Shown here piece after piece: positions 10,446-18,400 of a DNA stretch of 64,000 nt. Below the pieces are notes generated by a model. That model saw only the letters and a program-made list of their open reading frames with translations, was not told the origin of the DNA and made no database searches. This stretch comes from an uncultured Rhodobacteraceae bacterium. Lineage in GTDB: Bacteria > Pseudomonadota > Alphaproteobacteria > Rhodobacterales > Rhodobacteraceae. Each line of letters starts with the position of its first letter. The stretch's first letter is position 1. Where the stretch lies: positions 37,792-101,791 of the forward strand of contig CALKXV010000001.1 of NCBI GenBank assembly GCA_938005545.1. Direction: 5' to 3'. The position numbers and the translations under genes are program-made.

Positions 10446-11750
10446 TTGTTGCTTCGCGGAAGCGACAGTAAAATTAGGACGGCGCTGGTATGCGCGAGTG
10501 AATGCAAAGGTGATCTGGTGGCGGCAAAGTCGAAATCTCCGGAAAATACTGAAAACAATGACGAATCTACGGATTTGCCAATAGAAGACACCGTTGAAGT
10601 CAGTGACGAATCGTCCGACGTCGAACCGGTGTTGATTGAAGGTGAGGCCCTTGACGTGGATGAGAACGCGACGTCAGAGAGCACTTCTGATAACGATGAC
10701 GAAAGTTTCCCACCAGAAATGGCGCAGGTTGAGGCACCAAAACGCGCATCGATCTGGCCAATGTTTTTGGGTGGTCTTGTTGCGGTTGGAATTGGGTTCG
10801 GGGGGGCGTTTTATTGGTTTCAAGACCAGTTTCAGGCGCTAAATGGCATTGATGCGAATGCATCTGAGATTTCAAGGCTGACCGCACAAATCGACGAGGT
10901 TGGCGCATCAATCCCCACCGTGCCGCCTCCTGTCGACACTTCCGGGATTGAGACCAACATCGCTGCGATTCAAGAGTCAGTCACCGCAATTTCCGATGAT
11001 GTAGACGCGCTTAAAGACGCACCACCGGTCGATCTGTCTGGATTGACTGCTGACCTTCAAGCTCTCACCGATCGTATTGCCGAGCTTGAAATCGAAGATG
11101 GCAACGCGCAGTCGGCGCAAGCCGATGAAGCCGCAAAGCAATTGGTCGCGTTCAAAGCGGAACTTGATCAAATCGTGTCGGCCGCCGAGGCTAAAGTGTC
11201 CGCCGCTGAAGCCAAAATTGCCTCCGTAGAATCAAAAGCGGCCGAAGCCGATGCAGCAGCAGCCGAAGCTGCAAAGAAAGCTGCCACACTGGCGCAGATC
11301 GCCGAATTGAAATCGGCCATCGAAGGTGGCGCGACCTATGACGATCTGATTTCGGGTTTGGACAATATTCCTGCTGATCTGATCAAACATGCCGAAACCG
11401 GTGTTCCGACGTTAAATGTTCTTCAGCAGGAATTCCCGAATGTCGCGCGCTCGGCGCTTAACGCGGTGCAATCTGTGCCGCAAGACGCCTCGGCTGGTGA
11501 AAAACTGACAGCGTTCCTGCGCCGCCAAACAAACGCCAGATCGCTTGTGCCTAAAGAAGGTGATGGAGCAGACGCCGTATTGTCTCGCGCCGAAGCGTTA
11601 CTGGCGCGCGGTGATCTTGATGCTGCTCTGTCCGAGGCCACGGCCTTGCCAGAGGAAGCTCAGAACGTCATGTCTGGCTGGATTGCCAAAGCACAAATCC
11701 GACAATCCGCCCTTCAGTCGATAAAAACCCTTTCCGCAGAAATGAATTGA
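10446..11750 (+). CDS. Alphaproteobacterial Mic60/mitofilin-like membrane protein
   Basis: Acidic N-terminus, one TM (IWPMFLGGLVAVGIGFGGAFYWF), a long A/E-rich coiled coil and a C-terminal mitofilin-like segment (LSRAEALLARGDLDAAL...GWIAKAQIRQ). Lies between hemD and a hemY-like gene. The true start may be GTG 10518. Confidence 0.65.
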   Translation: MLLRGSDSKIRTALVCASECKGDLVAAKSKSPENTENNDESTDLPIEDTVEVSDESSDVEPVLIEGEALDVDENATSESTSDNDDESFPPEMAQVEAPKRASIWPMFLGGLVAVGIGFGGAFYWFQDQFQALNGIDANASEISRLTAQIDEVGASIPTVPPPVDTSGIETNIAAIQESVTAISDDVDALKDAPPVDLSGLTADLQALTDRIAELEIEDGNAQSAQADEAAKQLVAFKAELDQIVSAAEAKVSAAEAKIASVESKAAEADAAAAEAAKKAATLAQIAELKSAIEGGATYDDLISGLDNIPADLIKHAETGVPTLNVLQQEFPNVARSALNAVQSVPQDASAGEKLTAFLRRQTNARSLVPKEGDGADAVLSRAEALLARGDLDAALSEATALPEEAQNVMSGWIAKAQIRQSALQSIKTLSAEMN

Positions 11751-11757
11751 GAAGCTT

Positions 11758-13344
11758 ATGCTCTGGTCGCTTTTAAAGTTTGCAATCTTCATTGGTCTTG
11801 TGGCCGCTGCTGCATGGGGGGCATTGTTCTTGACGGAAGCCGACGGCGGTGTGCGCATTTCCGTTGCGGGGAGCGAGTATACGCTGGGCGCGCTCGCCTC
11901 GGTCATCGCGCTCTTGGTGCTGGCGATTTCGGTCTGGGTCTTGTTCAAAGTTGTTGGTTTGGCAATTGGCTTTGTACGATTTGCAACCGGAAGCAAGAAG
12001 ACATCAATCGACCTGTTCTTTGACCGTCGCCGTGAACGCAAGGGCTTTGATGCTTTGGCGGACGGCATGATGGCCTTGGCCAGTGGTGAAGGAAAACTGG
12101 CCATATCAAAAGCGAACAAGGCGGAAAAACTTCTACGTCGCCCGGAATTGACGAATTTGCTGACCGCGCAAGCCGCCGAACAATCGGGCGACACACAACA
12201 GGCGGAGGCGGCTTACAAACGCTTGTTGAAAGACGAACGTACCCGATTTGTGGGCGTCCGTGGCTTGATGAAACAACAGCTTACCACAGGCAATACCGAC
12301 ACAGCCCTTAAGCTTGCCGACAAAGCCTTTTCACTGCGCCCTGGGCACACGGAAACCCAAGATGTTTTGTTGGGCTTGCAGGCAAATGCACACGATTGGT
12401 CTGGGGCACGCCGCACGCTGGGTGCAAAGCTAAAGCATGGATCGCTCCCGCGGGATGTCCACAGTCGGCGTGATGCCGTTCTTGCCTTGGGCGAAGCACA
12501 AGACATTCTGGACGACGAAAAATCAATTGAAGCACGTGAAAAAGCCATTGAAGCCAACCGTCGCTCGCCTGATCTTATCCCAGCTGCTGTTATGGCGGCT
12601 GACGGTTACACTTTGAAAAACAAACCGCGTAACGCGACACGCATACTAAAAAAAGCATGGAGCGTTCTGCCCCATCCGGACTTGGCCGCAGCTTTTGCAC
12701 GCATAAAACCCGAAGAAACGTCAGAGGCCCGCATCAAACGCTTCGGACCATTGACCAACGCGCACCCGGACGATCCCGAAACGAAAATGTTGCGCGCTGA
12801 ATTGTTCATTGCAGCCGAAGATTTTCCTGCTGCAAAGAAGGCCATTGGTGATTTGGCCGAAACCGATCCGACTTCACGTGTTCTGACTATCATGGCCGCA
12901 ATTGAACGCGGCATGGGATCTGATGATGCGGTCGTCAGGGGCTGGTTGGCGCGCGCGCTGACGGCACCGCGTGGTCCTCAATGGGTTTGTGATACTTGCG
13001 ATCGTCCGCATGGCGCATGGGCACCGGTGTGCGAATCCTGCTCAAGTTTTGACACGCTAAGTTGGGTACGACCAAAAGATGGCACCGCAGCCCTGCCAGC
13101 CGGCGCCGAGATGCTGCCACTTATTGTCGGTCAGATTGAGGGCCCAAGCGACCCCGACCCATCGGACGGAAACGACCCGAGCGATGTGCCAGAGGTTGAC
13201 GATATCGACATCCTACCAGACGACACCGAAGGCATGGAAAACATCTTTACGGATGACAAGGGCGATATCGCGGAACCCGAATTGGAAACCGCGAATGCCG
13301 ATTCCCCACCCTTGGATTTTGTGGCCGAGAAAGACATAAAATAG
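11758..13344 (+). CDS. HemY N-terminal domain / TPR membrane protein
   Basis: 528 aa with two N-terminal TM segments and TPR-like repeats. A Cys4 ribbon (CDTCDRPHGAWAPVCESC) is followed by an acidic tail. Confidence 0.7.
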   Translation: MLWSLLKFAIFIGLVAAAAWGALFLTEADGGVRISVAGSEYTLGALASVIALLVLAISVWVLFKVVGLAIGFVRFATGSKKTSIDLFFDRRRERKGFDALADGMMALASGEGKLAISKANKAEKLLRRPELTNLLTAQAAEQSGDTQQAEAAYKRLLKDERTRFVGVRGLMKQQLTTGNTDTALKLADKAFSLRPGHTETQDVLLGLQANAHDWSGARRTLGAKLKHGSLPRDVHSRRDAVLALGEAQDILDDEKSIEAREKAIEANRRSPDLIPAAVMAADGYTLKNKPRNATRILKKAWSVLPHPDLAAAFARIKPEETSEARIKRFGPLTNAHPDDPETKMLRAELFIAAEDFPAAKKAIGDLAETDPTSRVLTIMAAIERGMGSDDAVVRGWLARALTAPRGPQWVCDTCDRPHGAWAPVCESCSSFDTLSWVRPKDGTAALPAGAEMLPLIVGQIEGPSDPDPSDGNDPSDVPEVDDIDILPDDTEGMENIFTDDKGDIAEPELETANADSPPLDFVAEKDIK

Positions 13345-13388
13345 GGCTATTCCCAATTGGGAATCCCTGCTATCAGGCCCGCCGATAC

Positions 13389-13464
13389 GCCTCAATAGCT
13401 CAGCTGGTAGAGCAGGTCCTTCGTAAGGACAAGGTCGGGGGTTCGAGTCCCTCTTGAGGCACCA
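13389..13464 (+). tRNA. tRNA-Thr (anticodon CGU)
   Basis: 76-nt cloverleaf folded by hand. Acceptor GCCTCAA/TTGAGGC, D arm GCTC/GAGC, anticodon loop TTCGTAA, T arm GGGGG-TTCGAGT-CCCTC, encoded CCA. There is one G:A mismatch at the top of the anticodon stem. Confidence 0.9.
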
Positions 13465-13491
13465 TCGGTCTCAAAGCCACTTGCGCCAAAA

Positions 13492-14541
13492 TCACCCAAA
13501 AAACGCCCGAAGCTCGGTTACGATCGAATTCAGGGCAACGTCATCAATATCTTTGTGCAAAACAAGTCGCATTAGCCCGTTTGATCCACCTCCCAAAGTG
13601 ATGTTGGTTTGTTCCATGTGTGCCCGAAGCGGGTCGTTCAGTTCATCGCGTGGCGTGAGAAACACCATGTTCGTCGCTTGATTGACCTGTCCGGCTTCAA
13701 GTTTTGACAGGGTCTTTGCAAGGTGATCGGCCCGTTCGTGATCCTCGGCCAACCGTTCAACATTGTGATCAAGCGCGTAAAGACCCGCCGCTGCAAGAAC
13801 TCCGGCCTGACGCATACCGCCGCCCAGCATTTTGCGATATCGCCGCGCGCGATCAATGATGTCTGACGGGCCCAACAAAACTGACCCGGCCGGTGTTCCA
13901 AGGCCTTTTGACAGGCAAACAGACACGCTATCACCCAAACCAGCAAGATCGGTTTCCGCGCAGCCAAGTCCGGTGATTGCGTTGAAAAACCGGGCGCCGT
14001 CCAAATGAACCGAAAGGCCACAGTCACGCGCCGAACTGGCGACGTCGCTGACCCGTGCCAGTGGCACAACCATCCCATTGTGCGTGTTCTCAAGTGACAC
14101 CAACCGACTAATCGGCTTATGGCTGTCGTCGGGTTTGAGTTCGTCGCGGATTACTATTGGGCTAAGTCCACCGTCAACCTCAACCGGTACAGTGCAAATC
14201 GCAATCCCGCCCAGAACGGACGCCCCTGCCGCCTCGTAACTGGCGATGTGGTAATCCCGCCCAACGATCACTTCTTCGCCGCGTCCGCAGTGAGCCAATA
14301 GCCCCGTCAAATTGCTCATCGTACCGGAAGGAACAAAAAGTCCTGCGTCCTTGCCCAGGCGTTCAGCCAGACGCGCCTCAAGCCGGTTCACAGTTGGGTC
14401 ATCGCCATATACGTCATCGCCGACTTCTGCATCTGCCATGGCACGGCGCATACCTTCATCGGGTTTTGTGACTGTGTCGCTTCGCAAATCATAAACTGGT
14501 GTGTTGTGACCCGTGCGATCAGCGGTTTGATATTGGTTCAT
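13492..14541 (-). CDS. ltaE: Low-specificity L-threonine aldolase (PLP-dependent)
   Basis: 349 aa. [11 protein letters not shown]-terminal signature and a beta-eliminating-lyase-like fold pattern. Confidence 0.85.
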   Translation of the reverse strand: MNQYQTADRTGHNTPVYDLRSDTVTKPDEGMRRAMADAEVGDDVYGDDPTVNRLEARLAERLGKDAGLFVPSGTMSNLTGLLAHCGRGEEVIVGRDYHIASYEAAGASVLGGIAICTVPVEVDGGLSPIVIRDELKPDDSHKPISRLVSLENTHNGMVVPLARVSDVASSARDCGLSVHLDGARFFNAITGLGCAETDLAGLGDSVSVCLSKGLGTPAGSVLLGPSDIIDRARRYRKMLGGGMRQAGVLAAAGLYALDHNVERLAEDHERADHLAKTLSKLEAGQVNQATNMVFLTPRDELNDPLRAHMEQTNITLGGGSNGLMRLVLHKDIDDVALNSIVTELRAFFG

Positions 14542-15245
14542 TCGGTTACCTGCTCATAGGCCAAGGCGGCGACGATGTGCACCCGCTTGGATTCGCCACC
14601 ATTGAGAGCCGTGTGATAGGCGCGTGTATCTGTAAAATAAACCGATCCATCGGCGGGCAAATGCGTCACGTGGTGGTTCACGACAAACAGTGACCCCGGA
14701 TTACTGACGACGGGAATGTGAAGTCGGGGTTCTGGATCGCGGTGCCAAGAATTGCAGTTGTATAACCCCTTCGACAAAACGCGTGTGCGGCCAATTGGAA
14801 AACGTTTGGTGAGTTCGGTATGAACATGTTCGAAATATGTGCCGGCGAATTCAGGGTTAAATTCGGAAAAGTCGGCTTCAGAGACAAGGTCTTCGCGGGG
14901 CTCCTCAATATATCGATCATCCGTGCGCAACCAATAACGACCCGACAGATCGTTTTCTGTCCACTCAGTCTGACCGGGCCGTTGTGTCAGCGGCAGTGCG
15001 GCAAAACCGTCGTCCTGCATGCCCCCCATGAAGTTTGCGCGCCGCAGACATTCTTCCAAAGCGTCTTTCAGTTTCGCGATATCGAAGGATAAGTCCAACT
15101 TTGTAATCCCTGGTCCTGGCACAAAATTCGCCACGGATTGGGTGTCGGGTTTTTTGGAAAGCGCTGATGTTACTGTGGTCACATCGCGATCTTGAACTTC
15201 TGGATGAAATGTCATGGGCCGACTCCGGATAAAAACTTGGCTCAT
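14538..15245 (-). CDS. Aspartyl/asparaginyl beta-hydroxylase-family (cupin, Fe/2OG-type) protein
   Basis: WHRDPEPRLHIPVV...FTDTRAYHTALNGGESKRVHIV resembles the PF05118 core (HxD...H). The stop overlaps the ltaE ATG (ATGA). An alternative start at 15215 has a GGAG SD. Confidence 0.55.
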   Translation of the reverse strand: MSQVFIRSRPMTFHPEVQDRDVTTVTSALSKKPDTQSVANFVPGPGITKLDLSFDIAKLKDALEECLRRANFMGGMQDDGFAALPLTQRPGQTEWTENDLSGRYWLRTDDRYIEEPREDLVSEADFSEFNPEFAGTYFEHVHTELTKRFPIGRTRVLSKGLYNCNSWHRDPEPRLHIPVVSNPGSLFVVNHHVTHLPADGSVYFTDTRAYHTALNGGESKRVHIVAALAYEQVTE

Positions 15246-15449
15246 TTCATGAGTGGAATTAGTTGCCGGATTTGTCCATCCCGAAAGAACTGGATGGCCG
15301 TATTCAGCCTCCTGTTCGATTTGCGTTTTCCTTGCTACGTGGGGAAATCAGGTACTTTTCGTGTACCGTCAGAAGCCATTCGTACCGAATTACGACTTTC
15401 CAAGGCGGGCTTAGAGGCCTTCTCGATTTCGGGTTTGATCCGGCAAACT

Positions 15450-15476
15450 AAAAAAGGCCCGGCGCGGTGCCGGGCC
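15450..15476 (-). terminator. Rho-independent terminator of the giant gene
   Basis: On the minus strand: GGCCCGGC-ACCGC-GCCGGGCC followed by TTTTTT, 23 nt after the stop at 15499. Confidence 0.75.
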
Positions 15477-15498
15477 CCTTCTCTGGATGGGTCAATGA

Positions 15499-18400
15499 TT
15501 ACATCATCATGACCATTTCTTCCTCGTCGTCAGTGACTGCGCCTGCATCCGAATTTTCATCCGAGTCAATAAAGAGACCATCAAGCAATCTTTCGACTTC
15601 GCCGAGACTGGTTTCGATTTCTTCTGAAGTCGGGGGCGTTGCAACATCTTCTTCGTCGTCGCCAAGACCAAAGAGCGAGAGAATGATGTTCATGATCTTG
15701 GAAAAGACTGCACCAACTCCTTCTTCTTCTTCTTCTTCCTCCTCCTCCGCAGGTATGTCTTGATCAGTTGTGTCGCCTTCGCTTTCGTCTTCATCCACCT
15801 CTTCATCGTCAGGTGCTTCATCTTCGTTTTCGTTCTCTGCTTCGTCCTCTTGATCGGTATCTTCGTCTTCGGTGGTGTCCTCTTCTTCCTGCTCGTCATC
15901 CTCTTGTTCGTCGTCTTCGGTCGGGGCGACAGGATCGCCATAAAGGGCGCCGAGCGAGTCTACGTTTCCGTTGTTTTCCGCCAGGAACAGGATTTCGATT
16001 TCTTCCAGCGGACGGTCGAGCATCACTAGGTTCTCGATGGTTCCATCAAAGTGCCACTCGACGTTATCGTCTTCGCCGTTACGGGCTCTGGTCGAACCGC
16101 CAATCACAAGGTCTTCTTCGTTTCCGGTCATGCCGTCTGCGAAACCTGTGTCAGCGTCGATCAATTCGCCGTTCAGATACAAACCGATCTCGTCTTCATC
16201 GAACGTAAAGGCAAAGTGATAGTCTTCGCCCGCTTCGATCTTGGTTTGCCAATCGACAAGGTGCTTGTCCTCGGTTTCGCTTTGGAACCGAACTTTCAAT
16301 GCACCGTTTCCGGTGATATAGGCCGTCAAGTGCCCACCATCTTCAAAGCCCGAATGATCTTTGGAAATCAAAGCCTGGTTCTGGCCGTTACCGGGATTGT
16401 CAGCGTTAAAGCTAAACGCCCAAGTCCCTTCGCTGGCGGCTTGGCCCGCGTCATGGGCAACTTCGATTGGTTGGTTGGCACCGCCAAAGACACCGCCGTC
16501 GTGGCTTAGCAATACAGCAGGTGCTTCAAGCCCGTCGGGTAGGGAACTGGCCAAATCGATCTGGCCGGTGTTGTACCATTCGTTCGACGTGTAATCCCAA
16601 GGGTTGCTGCCAACCGGATCACCGTCCACGTCGCGGGTGTCATACCCCAAATGCATTGTGCCGTCTTCCAGCTCGATCCATTTGGTTTCGCCAGTCGGGG
16701 CGACCGCTTCTTGAATGTCATGGATGGTATCAACGATGCCATAGTGGGCACCTGCATCCGTTTCGATGTCGTCTTCTTCGACCCGGTCACCATGCACAAC
16801 AATATAGCCAAGATAGTCTTCGTCGTGCGCGCCGCCGCCGTTACCTTGCTGCGAGTAGAGAGTGATCAGAGACACCGCGTCATCGTCAATACCGTCACCA
16901 TCCGTGTCGATGGTGTGATAGTCGACTTCGATTTCCGTGGTATGGCCAATGACCGAAATCGTATCGCCTTCGGCTTTGTTGAAATCCGCCACAACGTCGA
17001 CGCCGATTCCATCCACCCAGTGATCGTGGATATAGGTGTTCTCACCTGCAACACCGTGCCAACGGATTGTGCCGTCGTCATTGGTGTGCTCGGCCAGAAT
17101 GTCTTTCTTGGCATTGATCAGTGTTTCGAATTTAAAGTGATCGGCACCACCACCGCCGACAAGCACATCGTCACCGACAAGATCTTGGTCGATCCAGTCA
17201 GCAAGCTTCAGATAGTCGTAGTCGATCGAGCCGCCGTCAGGTCGCGAAGGATCTTCCAGGATCAGCTGACCGGCACGCTGTTCACCCGTGTCAGAGCGGC
17301 TGAGCAACACGTCATCGCCTTCGCCGCCTTCCAAAAGGTCACTGCCACGACCGCCATCAAGCGTGTCGTTTCCGGCGTCGCCCATAACATGGTCGTCGCC
17401 ATAGCCACCCTGGATACTGTCGTTGCCGGTGCCGCCATTCAACGTGTCATCACCTGCTTCGCCATCGATGTTGTCGTTGCCGCCTGCACCGTCGATCACA
17501 TCATTTGCCGCGATGATGGCTTGGGCGCCCGATGGGTTTGTTAAAGCCGCACCCGGACCGTTGGTAATCAGTTCATTAAGTTCCGCTGTATCCAGCGCGT
17601 CGTCGGCGGTGAATCCGCCCCAAACGCCGAAGTCAGCAATCGCACCTTCAAACTCATTCCGCAGATCTTCGTCATCAAGCGCGAATTCCTGAGCCGTATC
17701 ATTCAGTTCGGTGCGATGTTGATCCGCACCAAAAACCCAAGGTTCCTCATTCTGCAAAAGTATCGCTTCGCCTTGTGCACCGGGCGTCGCATCACCGCCT
17801 TCAACAGCAGTCCATGCGTTGTCGGGAATGGGTTGGCCATCTTTGTAAACCGTGATGCCGTTTTCCGTGAAACTGACAGCAAGGTGAGTCCAGCCGCCTT
17901 CGGTAAATACAGGTCCATCGGCCAAAGCTGGTCCAGTTTCCCAAGTGTGGTTCGTTTTGTAAGGGTCAGCAAAGCGCAAGAACAAGCCACCATCATCCGT
18001 GTGGCCAAGCCGGAAATGACTGCCTTCTTCCGGACCGCTGTGATCTTTCGTGACGAACATCGACTTTTCGCCAAGGTCGTCCGGGCGCACCCACATAGCA
18101 ATCGTGCCCTGAGTGACAGCCATTTCTGGATCGTGGTCGAGGAAAGCAAAGCTGTCCTCACCATTGAAGTAGAGCGCGCCATTCGGTGTTCCATCAGGGC
18201 CATCCGTTGATGCATCGGTATTCAAAAGGGCCTGGTTTTCGAAAAGCGTGTAGGCCTTAACTGCTTCGCCGCCGTCGGCGCGCAGATCGGCATAAGCGCC
18301 ATCGACACCGTTGCCTAGGCTCCAGAACCCAAGTGCGCCCGGAAGCCCGTCTGGTTCGGGAACATCGGCTTGCGACAGCGTGTTGTTGCCTGCATCACCT

